Positions 1 to 9,307 of a DNA stretch of 64,000 nucleotides are shown piece after piece. Position numbers and translations under genes: made by a program. The notes beneath the pieces are model-generated. The model searched no databases and was not told where the DNA came from. It saw only the letters and a program-made list of their open reading frames with translations. The stretch is taken from sequence record OR515477.1; one strand, written 5' to 3'. This stretch comes from Escherichia phage Es2. The first letter of the stretch is position 1, and each line of letters starts with the position of its first letter.

Positions 1-1
1 A

Positions 2-451
2 ATTAATCTGATGATTAATGGTCCGGGTGGTTATGTTGATACTGCTGCACAGTTATCTAACTTAATTGCTAATTGCCGTGGAACAGTTATAGGGCATCTG
101 ATTGGTCCTAGTGCTTCTGCTTACTGCACAATTTTCCTATCCTGTCATGGGTGGGTAGTACATCCACATGCTACGCTAATGGGGCACACGTTCTCTGGCG
201 GATTCTGTGAGAAGGGTCAAGAAATTAAGAAAGCCTATGAATCTTACAACAAGTTCGTAGAAGATATGATGCTAGATGTCTACTATCCGTTCTTCTCAAT
301 AGACGAAATCGACGAGATGGTAAAAGACAACAAAAATATCTATCTAGATAGCAAAGAAATCCATAAGCGTATTGAAATCTTGGCAAAATATCGATCTGAG
401 CAATATAATAAAGCCCAGTTACCTCAATTAGAGGAGCACAGTGAAGAGTAA
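2..451 (+). CDS. ClpP-like serine protease, 5' end truncated by window edge
   Basis: Reading frame open to window start; INGPGG, GPSASA (active-site Ser), HPH and GGF..KGQEI segments align with the ClpP catalytic core; terminator follows. Confidence 0.5.
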   Translation: MNLMINGPGGYVDTAAQLSNLIANCRGTVIGHLIGPSASAYCTIFLSCHGWVVHPHATLMGHTFSGGFCEKGQEIKKAYESYNKFVEDMMLDVYYPFFSIDEIDEMVKDNKNIYLDSKEIHKRIEILAKYRSEQYNKAQLPQLEEHSEE

Positions 452-460
452 GTAGTTTTA

Positions 461-492
461 AGCCAGGGTTTAACGACCCTGGCTTTTCTTTT
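461..492 (+). terminator. rho-independent terminator
   Basis: Hairpin AGCCAGGGT-ttaacg-ACCCTGGCT followed by TTTCTTTT. Confidence 0.6.
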
Positions 493-554
493 ATCTAAAA
501 TTCTTCTTGACAACGACAAAATTTTATGCTCCAGAAGTGATCTTTAAAAACACA

Positions 555-583
555 TTGTAATTTTCCTCCAAAATTAGTATAAT
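555..583 (+). promoter_or_regulatory. sigma70-type early promoter
   Basis: TTGTAA (555-560), 17 bp spacer, TATAAT (578-583), AT-rich upstream. Confidence 0.5.
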
Positions 584-607
584 GGTACTGGTTAGAGGAG
601 GTTACAA

Positions 608-1264
608 TTGGAAAAGTTCTTACAATTATTAACGGTACTGCTCCAAGAAGCGAAAGATCCAGCATCGCTTCTTAAACGTCTGCTAACTATCTTAGTTGCT
701 GTCATTATTTTCTTATTTGTTAGTAATACTAGCGAGGTGATGTCATTCTTAAAGACTTTCTCCACGTCTGCGGTTCTACAGGATGTTCAAACTCAAAGGA
801 TAGATAACTTTCCTAATGTAGCTAGAGAAAAAAGCATGGTACTCTTTTCTCAAACGGGTGCGGATGCTGTTTTTGTCGTCAAGTATAAACCCGATGCCAT
901 TAATGATTATTCTAACATTATTGCATGGGAAAGCAATGCGCAATTAGATAGGGCTGACTTGGCCGATAAAGCGGTAAATAAAACGTCTGAGCTATATAGA
1001 CGTCACTTGGAAGGCTTTAACTACGCATCGGATTTAAGTGTAAAAGTAAATAAATACATGGGGTTAGATATACCTGCGTTTAAGAACGTTACTTTTAATT
1101 ACATATACACTTGTCCATATTTCAATCTAAACAATATCTATGCTGGATATATTGGTATTGCTTGGAAAGATAATCCTGTAGATGCAGCCGATTCTGAGAA
1201 ATTTAACGAGTATTTAACAAAGCTCTGTTCCCCACAACAGAGATCTTTAGGTAGATCAATATGA
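608..1264 (+). CDS. holin, T4 gpt-like (single N-terminal TM, large periplasmic domain)
   Basis: 218 aa; TM segment LLTILVAVIIFLFV; C-terminal CPYFNLNNIYAG matches the T4 holin T motif CPYFNLDNIYAG as recalled; TTG start; directly upstream of endolysin. Confidence 0.55.
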   Translation: MEKFLQLLTVLLQEAKDPASLLKRLLTILVAVIIFLFVSNTSEVMSFLKTFSTSAVLQDVQTQRIDNFPNVAREKSMVLFSQTGADAVFVVKYKPDAINDYSNIIAWESNAQLDRADLADKAVNKTSELYRRHLEGFNYASDLSVKVNKYMGLDIPAFKNVTFNYIYTCPYFNLNNIYAGYIGIAWKDNPVDAADSEKFNEYLTKLCSPQQRSLGRSI

Positions 1265-1674
1265 GTTTTAAATTTGGTAAAAATAGTGAAAAACAATTAG
1301 CTACCGTTAAGCCAGAGCTACAAAAAGTAGCTCGTAGAGCTTTAGAATTATCTCCATATGATTTCACGATCGTACAGGGTATTCGTACAGTAGCACAAAG
1401 TGCCCAGAATATTGCTAATGGTACTTCATTTTTAAAAGATCCTAGTAAAAGCAAGCATATTACTGGGGATGCCCTTGATTTTGCTCCATATATTAATGGC
1501 AAAATTGATTGGAATGATTTAGAAGCATTTTGGGCAGTTAAAAAGGCTTTTGAACAAGCAGGTAAAGAACTAGGCATTAAACTTCGTTTTGGTGCTGATT
1601 GGAATGCTTCGGGAGACTATCACGATGAAATAAAACGTGGTACCTATGATGGCGGTCATGTCGAACTAGTTTAA
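1261..1674 (+). CDS. endolysin, L-alanyl-D-glutamate peptidase (M15-like zinc peptidase)
   Basis: 137 aa, same length as T5 endolysin (from memory); H-x-x-G-D-A-x-D and D-G-G-H-V-E zinc-ligand motifs. Confidence 0.7.
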   Translation: MSFKFGKNSEKQLATVKPELQKVARRALELSPYDFTIVQGIRTVAQSAQNIANGTSFLKDPSKSKHITGDALDFAPYINGKIDWNDLEAFWAVKKAFEQAGKELGIKLRFGADWNASGDYHDEIKRGTYDGGHVELV

Positions 1675-1685
1675 TTGATAACTGA

Positions 1686-1708
1686 GGCGGGAATATTCCC
1701 GCCTTTTT
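1686..1708 (+). terminator. rho-independent terminator
   Basis: Palindrome GGCGGGAAT/ATTCCCGCC followed by TTTTT. Confidence 0.65.
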
Positions 1709-1751
1709 AGGCAAAGGGGGCTTTAATAATTTTTGAAGATAGGAGAAAGCC

Positions 1752-2168
1752 ATGTTTGCAGAACTATTCACTATGATGCTGCTAGGTATCTGGAAAATAA
1801 GTCTAGTAGTATTCGTTTTAATGATAGTTTTTACTATCCTTGCATTAACTACCCGAAATAGCTTACTAATAAAGGTTATTCACGGACTAGAGTATATAAT
1901 TATGGGTTCATTCGGCGTTTGTAAATGCAATTGCCATAGAGATACGAAATATTGTTGGTTATGGATGGAACTAGAGAATCCTATATCCATAGCTTTGGCT
2001 GTTTCATTCGGCATGATTCTTATGGCCCTTACTCTAGCATTAATTCCTTTGATGTTAGCTGGGGGAGTTACAGCGTATTTCACCCTTTTCTCCCCGATAC
2101 TTATGTACTCAATTTACCCAATAACTATGTATCTAGTTAGGAAAAGATTTATACATGCAGTAGATTAA
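1752..2168 (+). CDS. multi-pass membrane protein, unknown function
   Basis: 138 aa with three to four hydrophobic segments; RBS AGGAGA upstream. Confidence 0.4.
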   Translation: MFAELFTMMLLGIWKISLVVFVLMIVFTILALTTRNSLLIKVIHGLEYIIMGSFGVCKCNCHRDTKYCWLWMELENPISIALAVSFGMILMALTLALIPLMLAGGVTAYFTLFSPILMYSIYPITMYLVRKRFIHAVD

Positions 2169-2181
2169 GATAAAAAAGTAG

Positions 2182-2210
2182 TTGACTTTTAGCCCTAGTT
2201 ATTATATAAT
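2182..2210 (+). promoter_or_regulatory. sigma70-type early promoter
   Basis: TTGACT, 17 bp spacer, TATAAT. Confidence 0.6.
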
Positions 2211-2243
2211 ATATACATAAATTAGTTAAGAGAGGTATATATT

Positions 2244-2675
2244 ATGTCTGATCGTTTCTATACTCAAATGGCGGAACATTTTCGTATACCACATTACGAG
2301 CTAAACATTGCACTCCGTGATCATGACTCTCCTGAGTACAAAAAGCTCGAAAAGAAAGCGGAAAAATCTATTGATACAAAGGTAGGTGCATCTATGTCTA
2401 AGGGCAAAAAGTTAACTCGTCTTGATCTTAATAAAATTTTAACTGAACTTTTGGGTACTGATATTGAAGGTGCTAAATTACCGCTTCTTGTACTAGAGAC
2501 TATGATTAAAAAGGTCAAAAATAAAGAGTATAAAAAGGTAGAAGTCCCAGAAGGCAGATTAAAGGCTCCTTATCAGGAAGCATTAACCGAGTGTTTGGGT
2601 GTAAATCTTGATCTGAGCACCGCAACCGTAAAAACTATGAAAAACTTCTTAGAGGCCATTAATAACTATGAGTAA
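2244..2675 (+). CDS. hypothetical early protein
   Basis: 143 aa ORF with RBS AGAGAGG; no recognisable motif. Confidence 0.45.
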   Translation: MSDRFYTQMAEHFRIPHYELNIALRDHDSPEYKKLEKKAEKSIDTKVGASMSKGKKLTRLDLNKILTELLGTDIEGAKLPLLVLETMIKKVKNKEYKKVEVPEGRLKAPYQEALTECLGVNLDLSTATVKTMKNFLEAINNYE

Positions 2676-2958
2676 ATTAGTATATCTATTGAAAGGTTCT
2701 ACTTGCAACCCTTGCAAAATGTTTGAGCCAGTATTTGATAAAGTAGTCAATGAATATAATTTGGAAGTCCATAAAGAGACTGATAATACAGAATTAATGC
2801 AGAAATTTGGCGTACGCCAAGTTCCTGTAGTAGTTCTGGCAGATCGCTTACCTAATGGTCGAGTAGAAGCTAATCATATTTTGATTGGACGTCAGCTTCG
2901 TAAAGAAACTATGCACGAAGCTATTAAAAATTTCCTGGATGATAATCCAGAGGATTAA
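2668..2958 (+). CDS. thioredoxin/glutaredoxin-like protein
   Basis: 96 aa; C-N-P-C redox-type motif near N-terminus after a beta-strand-like LVYLLKGS. Confidence 0.4.
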   Translation: MSKLVYLLKGSTCNPCKMFEPVFDKVVNEYNLEVHKETDNTELMQKFGVRQVPVVVLADRLPNGRVEANHILIGRQLRKETMHEAIKNFLDDNPED

Positions 2959-2965
2959 TAAACCA

Positions 2966-2997
2966 AGCCTGATCTTAGCGGATCAGGCTTTTATTTT
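2966..2997 (+). terminator. rho-independent terminator
   Basis: AGCCTGATC-ttagc-GATCAGGCT followed by TTTATTTT. Confidence 0.65.
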
Positions 2998-2999
2998 AC

Positions 3000-3028
3000 T
3001 TGCTTTCAGCTAAAAATTTTGGTATAAT
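3000..3028 (+). promoter_or_regulatory. sigma70-type early promoter
   Basis: TTGCTT, 17 bp spacer, TATAAT. Confidence 0.55.
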
Positions 3029-3055
3029 ACTTATATAAATTGATTGGAGGATTAA

Positions 3056-3301
3056 ATGTTAGCGGAACAAGCAAAACGTTTAGCTAGGATAAATAGAGCT
3101 GCTCTTCTCAAGAGCAGAAAGAAGCCGTATAGATACGTTAAAAGACGGATTCTAGCTTCTGTAGAGGCTGGGGGTTCTTTTATACAATTTAATCGTGATG
3201 AAATTAGTTATGAAGCTATAAAAGCCCTCTATAAAGATGGTTATACTCTAAAACTATCAAATAATTATGGTACAACTATTTTAAATGTTATTTGGGAATA
3301 A
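3056..3301 (+). CDS. hypothetical early protein
   Basis: 81 aa ORF with RBS GGAGGA. Confidence 0.4.
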   Translation: MLAEQAKRLARINRAALLKSRKKPYRYVKRRILASVEAGGSFIQFNRDEISYEAIKALYKDGYTLKLSNNYGTTILNVIWE

Positions 3302-4167
3302 TTATGAAAAAAGAATTTAATGTACATAAAACACTAGTAGTACCTGATGATGTTAACTTATTCTTTGTTGGTGATATTCATGGATGCAACGATTTACTAG
3401 AAGATGCACTACAATTAGCTGGATATAACGGCAAGAAAGATTGCGTTGTATGCGTGGGAGATTTAATTGATCGAGGCACGCAGAACCTACAAGTTTTAGC
3501 TAAATTCCTGTATAATCCACGCTTTATCAGTGTCCGTGGTAATCATGACCAATTTATGATTGTGGGAGATTGGGCTAACTGGATGTATAACGGTGGTATG
3601 TGGGCTATGAATGAACTAGATGCAGATACCATTAAAAATATTGCCGAAGACATGGCTGAAAAAATGCCAGTATTCCTAACTGTTAAACATCGCGGCAAGA
3701 AGTATGGTGTTGTTCATGGTGGTGTACCTTTTACATACAAAGAATGTGGTAATGAAGTAGAAACCCCAGTATGGGATAATCTTATTGCACAAGTAGAAGC
3801 AGCTAAGGAAGACCCACACGACCATCCTGGATACCATGTTGAGCCATACTTATGGGATCGAGATGTAATCCAAGAAATAGGTTTTCACTTAGCTAAAAAT
3901 GGTGAAGAACACTCATATTTCCAGCGTTATGCAGGGTTTAAAGAGAAATACATGGTAGAAGTACCTCCAGTTAATGGGGTAGACTTTGTATTTCATGGAC
4001 ATACCGGAGTACCTTACCCGATTTTATACCAGAACCGTGTTTATCTTGATACTGGCGGTGTTTTCAACGGGCAGTTGACGGTTGCGCAAGTTAATGATGA
4101 AACTGGGAAAATCACAACATTTACCACGCTTCGAGAAGATAGCTGTGGTGTACAGAGGATTCTTTAA
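3292..4167 (+). CDS. serine/threonine protein phosphatase (calcineurin-like metallophosphatase)
   Basis: 291 aa; GDIHG, GDLIDRG and GNHD metallophosphatase motifs. Confidence 0.7.
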   Translation: MGIIMKKEFNVHKTLVVPDDVNLFFVGDIHGCNDLLEDALQLAGYNGKKDCVVCVGDLIDRGTQNLQVLAKFLYNPRFISVRGNHDQFMIVGDWANWMYNGGMWAMNELDADTIKNIAEDMAEKMPVFLTVKHRGKKYGVVHGGVPFTYKECGNEVETPVWDNLIAQVEAAKEDPHDHPGYHVEPYLWDRDVIQEIGFHLAKNGEEHSYFQRYAGFKEKYMVEVPPVNGVDFVFHGHTGVPYPILYQNRVYLDTGGVFNGQLTVAQVNDETGKITTFTTLREDSCGVQRIL

Positions 4168-4454
4168 TGAATGATAGAATGAAAGAAGTACAAGAAGAAT
4201 TACGAGCAATGCGTATTGATGCCCTTCGTTGGAGAGCATTAGTTAATGCTTTCGTCAAAGGAGATACCGGAGTAATATATTCTGGAATAGCAGTCAATTT
4301 TTGTTTTAATTCTCCTGCTGAAATAGAGATAGAAACAAGGCTTACTACCTACCTTAATGAGGTAGACCTTAAGGAAGGAGAGACTCCCGGGGAGTTTAAA
4401 ACTAGAGTATTAACTACCTGGGTTGATAATTTAATACAAAAAAGGAGTAAGTGA
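4167..4454 (+). CDS. hypothetical early protein
   Basis: 95 aa ORF, start overlaps upstream stop (ATGA). Confidence 0.4.
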   Translation: MNDRMKEVQEELRAMRIDALRWRALVNAFVKGDTGVIYSGIAVNFCFNSPAEIEIETRLTTYLNEVDLKEGETPGEFKTRVLTTWVDNLIQKRSK

Positions 4455-5044
4455 TGAAGGTTAAATTCTGGTCAGACTTGCACTTAGACCACCCTGGAGC
4501 ACTACGTTTCCGTCCGTGGTTTAAGAACATGAAAGAGCACGATGAGTATATTCTAGATACTTTATCCAAGCATATTGGTAAACGAACAAAACTTATTTTG
4601 CTAGGAGATATTGCAGTAGGTCGTGAAGGTCTGGCCAAATTAAAGTCGGTTATCCACAATGTCCCTAATCAACTCATTATGGGTAATCATGATGCGGAGC
4701 GTCAAGGACTGAGTATTAGGGACTTAGCGGAAGTTTATGACGATATTCAAGCTCTAGGCAAACAGACTGGAGGTGGCAAAAAGTTTTGGCTATCTCACTG
4801 CCCTTTGCACCCTAATGAACTTCGTGGCAAACTAAATATTCACGGACATGTACATACTACTTCTTTACGTGATCCACGTTATATTAATGTCTCATTTGAA
4901 ATGAGTAGAACTCCAATTCCACTAGAGGATATTGTGTCTGGTAAGTTTACTAGTTACGATAGAGTGGTTAATTGTACTACCGGCGAGGTATTACAAATAG
5001 GAGAAGACGTAGCTGCTGTATTGCGTGGCGATATAAATGTCTAA
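4451..5044 (+). CDS. metallophosphoesterase-like protein
   Basis: 197 aa; LLGDIAVG, GNHD and GHVH motifs. Confidence 0.5.
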   Translation: MMKVKFWSDLHLDHPGALRFRPWFKNMKEHDEYILDTLSKHIGKRTKLILLGDIAVGREGLAKLKSVIHNVPNQLIMGNHDAERQGLSIRDLAEVYDDIQALGKQTGGGKKFWLSHCPLHPNELRGKLNIHGHVHTTSLRDPRYINVSFEMSRTPIPLEDIVSGKFTSYDRVVNCTTGEVLQIGEDVAAVLRGDINV

Positions 5045-5152
5045 GTATATAGCTAGGGCTATTATTAAACGAATTATACAAGTGATAGCAATACTTATAG
5101 TTATTTGTATTGCCATTGGCACAGGACTAGGCATTTTAATTAAAAGTTTTAT

Positions 5153-5181
5153 TTGCTAAAATGCCTAAATTTCTGTATAAT
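5153..5181 (+). promoter_or_regulatory. sigma70-type early promoter
   Basis: TTGCTA, 17 bp spacer, TATAAT. Confidence 0.55.
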
Positions 5182-5211
5182 TACTTTATAAATTGATGAG
5201 AAGGAATAAAA

Positions 5212-5643
5212 ATGAACAAAGTCGATAAAGCCTTAGTTTTCGCAGCAGCAGATAAGTTTGAACAAGTCAAGGCAACTTTCCGAACCTTGTTCCAGTCTTA
5301 CGTTCAAGATAAGTCTAATCCTATTTCTGAACGCTTAATGGTTTGGGAATGTCATGCTTGCAATGCCCTGCTAATTGCGGATTATCGTAGTGATATAGAT
5401 AAAGATCTCTGTGAAATCCTCATCCCTGAGGAAGCAGAACGTTATCAGCTAATCTCTTTTCAAGATTTGGCAGAGCACATAATCCCTGATGATCTTTGGG
5501 ATAAATACTATGGTGATCCTGAAGATGAGGGGATGACTCCAGAAGCATGTATTGAGTTAATCTGTAAGGATCATCCTGAAATTGCAGAAAAATTTGAAAA
5601 AGTTTTTGCTTCTGAGTTCTCTGGTGTTGTTAACGATTGGTAA
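5212..5643 (+). CDS. hypothetical early protein
   Basis: 143 aa ORF with RBS GAGAAGGAA. Confidence 0.45.
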   Translation: MNKVDKALVFAAADKFEQVKATFRTLFQSYVQDKSNPISERLMVWECHACNALLIADYRSDIDKDLCEILIPEEAERYQLISFQDLAEHIIPDDLWDKYYGDPEDEGMTPEACIELICKDHPEIAEKFEKVFASEFSGVVNDW

Positions 5644-5660
5644 GTAATTAAAAAATTCAG

Positions 5661-5689
5661 TTGCTTTAAGCCTTAAAATTCTGTATAAT
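5661..5689 (+). promoter_or_regulatory. sigma70-type early promoter
   Basis: TTGCTT, 17 bp spacer, TATAAT. Confidence 0.55.
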
Positions 5690-5721
5690 AAGTTCATAAA
5701 TTAATGAGAGAGGAAATTCTA

Positions 5722-5973
5722 ATGGAAAACATGACTAAAAATGAAATGGCTAACGTTCTGGCAATTCTCCTCGACATGCAGGGTTTTGAGGGTCAGCTCA
5801 TGAAGATGTCTATTCCGGCAATGAAAAAGATGTATGATTCTCTGAATAAGAATGCTATGGCATTCAACCTTGCAAAACAGGAAGCACGTTTTGCTAAAGA
5901 GCATCAAGCGACTGCCGAACGTCGTGCAGCATCTTTTGAGCGTGAAGTTAAGCAACTGAAAGGTAAGAAATAA
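5722..5973 (+). CDS. hypothetical early protein
   Basis: Start moved to the ATG at 5722, which has RBS GAGAGGA 7 nt upstream; ORF track begins at 5704. Confidence 0.4.
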   Translation: MENMTKNEMANVLAILLDMQGFEGQLMKMSIPAMKKMYDSLNKNAMAFNLAKQEARFAKEHQATAERRAASFEREVKQLKGKK

Positions 5974-5995
5974 GGACTAAGGGAGTATATAATTA

Positions 5996-6277
5996 ATGTT
6001 GATTGAAATTCTTATTGGGTTACTAGTTCTTACTACCCTAGTAGCGATTGGCGGAGTTATTGGGATTGTGAATGCACGAAAAAGCATGGAAAATATGCTT
6101 ATTACTAATGATGGACTACACCACCGTTTGCTAGAGCAAGAGCAGGATATTGAATTAGCACAAAGACGCTCGGATATTCTTAAGGAAAAATTAAATAATA
6201 TAGAAGCAATAGTTGGGAATAATAAATTACCTGCTAAAGTAATGCGTACACAGATAATCACGGAGATTAAAAAATGA
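5996..6277 (+). CDS. small membrane-anchored coiled-coil protein
   Basis: 93 aa; N-terminal TM then charged helical region. Confidence 0.4.
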   Translation: MLIEILIGLLVLTTLVAIGGVIGIVNARKSMENMLITNDGLHHRLLEQEQDIELAQRRSDILKEKLNNIEAIVGNNKLPAKVMRTQIITEIKK

Positions 6278-6519
6278 TGATGTTTATTCTAGCGTTTTAT
6301 CTAATTGTGGTTGGTGTACTGGTTACTAAGTATCACACATGGACACCAAAGAATGTAGGTAAGGTAGCACTGTTTGTTATCCCAGTTCCACTTATTATCT
6401 TTTCTATGTTACTGGTGATGTTAATTGGTAAAGTAACAAAAACTGATATTAAACGTATTGCTGATGAATTGCAACAGTCTTGTGATATGGTAGAGGATAT
6501 TATTAAAGATGAAGCTTAA
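6274..6519 (+). CDS. small membrane protein
   Basis: 81 aa with two hydrophobic segments; ATGA overlap with upstream gene. Confidence 0.4.
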   Translation: MMMFILAFYLIVVGVLVTKYHTWTPKNVGKVALFVIPVPLIIFSMLLVMLIGKVTKTDIKRIADELQQSCDMVEDIIKDEA

Positions 6520-6835
6520 TTTTAATGAATTAAATACCTTACATGAGATATTACAGTTTGTGAATAATAATATTAGTATTCCAGATGATACTCTAGAAGT
6601 TCTCATGTTAATCGAGAAAAAGGTAGGAATTGAAATTGAGGATTCTTGGAAACCACTTTCTGTATTAACACCACTTAATATAAAAGTGATAGTTAAAAAT
6701 ATTGATACTGGTGAAGAGTGTGAAATGATTCGTAAAGAACTAGCTGATAGTTATTCACCAAAGTCTGTAGTAATGTACCATGATGATACTCCTAAGGTTC
6801 TACAGACAGCTAATTACGTATGGCGTCTACCATGA
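6509..6835 (+). CDS. hypothetical early protein
   Basis: 108 aa ORF. Confidence 0.4.
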   Translation: MKLNFNELNTLHEILQFVNNNISIPDDTLEVLMLIEKKVGIEIEDSWKPLSVLTPLNIKVIVKNIDTGEECEMIRKELADSYSPKSVVMYHDDTPKVLQTANYVWRLP

Positions 6836-6978
6836 TTGATCTAGTACCAGTTACTGCGGGGCTAATAGCATTGCTAGTATTAGCAGTATTCATTATTGTG
6901 GAGCAGGCCAAAGTAATAAGGAGACTTAAAAACAATGATAAAACGTCTTGTTTATCAGGCACCAAAGATTGTAACTGA
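6832..6978 (+). CDS. small membrane peptide (48 aa), not in ORF track
   Basis: ATGA overlap with upstream stop; hydrophobic core AGLIALLVLAVFIIV; overlaps next ORF in another frame. Confidence 0.25.
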   Translation: MIDLVPVTAGLIALLVLAVFIIVEQAKVIRRLKNNDKTSCLSGTKDCN

Positions 6979-7135
6979 GTATTTTGTATTACTGCCTCAG
7001 ATTGTATTTCTAACAGCATTATTTAATATACTTTTTCGACATCTAGGAATAACGGAAAATATCTTCTACACTTCTGAACTACTTCCCTTTATGTACGAAG
7101 GCATCATCGTGGCAATTAACGGAGTTCGTAAATGA
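6935..7135 (+). CDS. small membrane protein
   Basis: 66 aa; strong RBS AAGGAGA 8 nt upstream. Confidence 0.4.
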   Translation: MIKRLVYQAPKIVTEYFVLLPQIVFLTALFNILFRHLGITENIFYTSELLPFMYEGIIVAINGVRK

Positions 7136-7593
7136 CAGCACTACAACAACTACAGAATTACTGGTTTGATAACCAATTTAACGATCTCTTTATCCAGTTG
7201 TTTGTCGAAACGAACGGACGCTTCAACTACCGATTCTTTAATAAGTTTCACGAAACAAAATTCTCCCATACAGAAATTAACGCAGCAATTCAGGACTTAA
7301 CAGGTTCTAAGGTAATTCAGTATCGTGAAGTAGACTTTACACCAGATTGTTTTGGATTTGAATTGTTTAAGAAAGCGTATAAATTTGGCAAGTTTGAGGA
7401 TGCTCGTCAATGGGTTCATGATTTCTGGTATAATACCGATATTGTTCCTAGTCGTGTGCTGATTCTTAACTGGATTGCTAAACAACACCCACCTAAAGCT
7501 CAATCGTCCTTCTTACCAACTGACACAGGAAACCTTTACCATGACAGAAAAGAAAAATCCATTGCTGGAGCAGATGAAGGAATGGGAGAGTAA
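7132..7593 (+). CDS. hypothetical early protein
   Basis: 153 aa ORF. Confidence 0.4.
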   Translation: MTALQQLQNYWFDNQFNDLFIQLFVETNGRFNYRFFNKFHETKFSHTEINAAIQDLTGSKVIQYREVDFTPDCFGFELFKKAYKFGKFEDARQWVHDFWYNTDIVPSRVLILNWIAKQHPPKAQSSFLPTDTGNLYHDRKEKSIAGADEGMGE

Positions 7594-7912
7594 TATTGAA
7601 ACTGGTCTAGTAGACGGAGAAGATATTGTTAACTCTATGCTAGAAGTAACAGTGGATAATATTAACCCTATTTTGGCCGGGGAAACCTCAGATCTTATAG
7701 GACTTTCTAGTACATTCGATTCTTTGGCTAAATTAGCCTTAGATAACGAAGAGATAACCAAAGAAGATCTCGCTACAGCTATGAATATGGCTATTAACGC
7801 CTATATTGGTAAACGTACTGATGAACTCGATAAACAAATCAAAAAGCGTGATACAACGTTAGATCTTATGGAAATGGCCACTATGTTAAGAAGTGGTAAA
7901 CAACTTCATTAA
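7541..7912 (+). CDS. hypothetical early protein (acidic)
   Basis: Start set at an internal ATG (MTEKKNPLL) to limit overlap; the true start is uncertain. Confidence 0.35.
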   Translation: MTEKKNPLLEQMKEWESNIETGLVDGEDIVNSMLEVTVDNINPILAGETSDLIGLSSTFDSLAKLALDNEEITKEDLATAMNMAINAYIGKRTDELDKQIKKRDTTLDLMEMATMLRSGKQLH

Positions 7913-7919
7913 TTTTAGG

Positions 7920-7953
7920 GGCCAGGACTTAATTGTTCTGGCCTTTTGTGTTT
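7920..7953 (+). terminator. rho-independent terminator
   Basis: GGCCAGGAC-ttaatt-GTTCTGGCC followed by TTTTGTGTTT. Confidence 0.55.
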
Positions 7954-7966
7954 CAAGGAACTCCAA

Positions 7967-8170
7967 ATGCAAGTATACGTCCTTACTAGAGACATAAATG
8001 AGTATAATCAGGATGGTGAGTATTTTGTAAAAGTGTTCGCTGAAAAGCCAAGTAAACAACAACTATTAGACGCTGGAGTACCAGAAGACCAGGCTAAGTA
8101 TATACTACAAGATAAAGAATTTACTGGAGATGCTTACGAATGCTTCCATCTTAGTTGTGAGAATATCTAA
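7967..8170 (+). CDS. hypothetical early protein
   Basis: ORF track start at 7946 lies inside the terminator hairpin, so the ATG at 7967 is preferred. Confidence 0.3.
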   Translation: MQVYVLTRDINEYNQDGEYFVKVFAEKPSKQQLLDAGVPEDQAKYILQDKEFTGDAYECFHLSCENI

Positions 8171-8171
8171 T

Positions 8172-8618
8172 ATGAGAGAAAAAGTAAATGAATTATTAAT
8201 CGAGGAAGCGAACAACTTCCCAATAAATAGGTTTATCAAATCGGATGGATCTATTAATAGAACTAAGATTAAGCAGTTACACCCCGACTTTCAACAAGAA
8301 GCGCTAAATCTTATATTTGTCAAGAAAGCTGTTGCAGCTCATGGGGTTTTCTTCGGGTATGAGCGTGTAAATTATAAGACAATGCAACAGCAGGTTGAGA
8401 TATATTGTCCAGACCACAAGGGTTATTACTGGCAAACTGCTAGATCTCATTTAGAAGGGCATGGTTGTCGACTGTGCGCACACAAGGTTGTGCAGCGTAT
8501 CACGGATTATGGAACTTATACCGTACCAGCATGTTATCATAAATTTGTAATTGACGATAACCATATAGTTTGGTATAATAAGTTTTCAAAGTTAAGAATG
8601 GAGATAAATAGTGAGTAG
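8172..8618 (+). CDS. zinc-finger-containing protein
   Basis: C-P-D-H...H-L-E-G-H-G-C-R-L-C-A-H cysteine/histidine cluster; start at 8172 (MREKVNELL), RBS unclear. Confidence 0.4.
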   Translation: MREKVNELLIEEANNFPINRFIKSDGSINRTKIKQLHPDFQQEALNLIFVKKAVAAHGVFFGYERVNYKTMQQQVEIYCPDHKGYYWQTARSHLEGHGCRLCAHKVVQRITDYGTYTVPACYHKFVIDDNHIVWYNKFSKLRMEINSE

Positions 8619-8901
8619 CTACATTGTATGGTCAAATCCATTAGCAGCACTTAGTAATAAATTATTTAAAACAGAATGGGGTAAAAACGAAATAGACTTA
8701 GGTAGTCGCCCAATACCAAATAAGCACCCATTAGTACCCGAGCTATATAGGGTAGTTATAAATGGCACAGAGTATTTGGTCGATAAATTTGACAGAAAAC
8801 GTTTACTAGAGGGTATCTACGATAATTCTATATCAATAAATGAATTAGTGGAACATGCCCAAATATATGATAAAAGCTGGATGTTAATATGGAAATCATA
8901 G
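8611..8901 (+). CDS. hypothetical early protein
   Basis: 96 aa ORF. Confidence 0.4.
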   Translation: MSSYIVWSNPLAALSNKLFKTEWGKNEIDLGSRPIPNKHPLVPELYRVVINGTEYLVDKFDRKRLLEGIYDNSISINELVEHAQIYDKSWMLIWKS

Positions 8902-9122
8902 CAATTATTTTAGTAGTTATGTTATTCATCGTAGTACTTGTATCTTTTGCTATTATGAGCAGAGCTAGAGAACTAGCAGAAGATCTAACAAAATTACGTG
9001 GTGAAGTGGCCGCCCTTAAACTACAGCGTGAGGCTTTAAAGTTGTTTGTAGTTCAGGGTAGCGTAGCTCATACACCAGAAGACTTCATCATATACCTCAA
9101 ACGCTATATGGGGATTAAATAA
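8889..9122 (+). CDS. small membrane-anchored coiled-coil protein
   Basis: 77 aa; N-terminal TM IIAIILVVMLFIVVLV then helical region. Confidence 0.35.
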   Translation: MEIIAIILVVMLFIVVLVSFAIMSRARELAEDLTKLRGEVAALKLQREALKLFVVQGSVAHTPEDFIIYLKRYMGIK

Positions 9123-9307
9123 TGGAAACACTTTTTCTTTTAATGCTCGTAGGTTCGTTAGTAGTTATATTAGCACTCCTATTAATCTGTAATATTCTTA
9201 ATAATAAGAATTTAGGACTAAAGTGTGAGAACCAAATCCTTAATCGTGAACTTGAGCAATATAACCTAGCAGCCCATAAACTATTAGACAAACTGGAGAA
9301 TAAATAA
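9122..9307 (+). CDS. small membrane-anchored coiled-coil protein
   Basis: 61 aa; same architecture as the preceding ORF. Confidence 0.35.
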   Translation: METLFLLMLVGSLVVILALLLICNILNNKNLGLKCENQILNRELEQYNLAAHKLLDKLENK

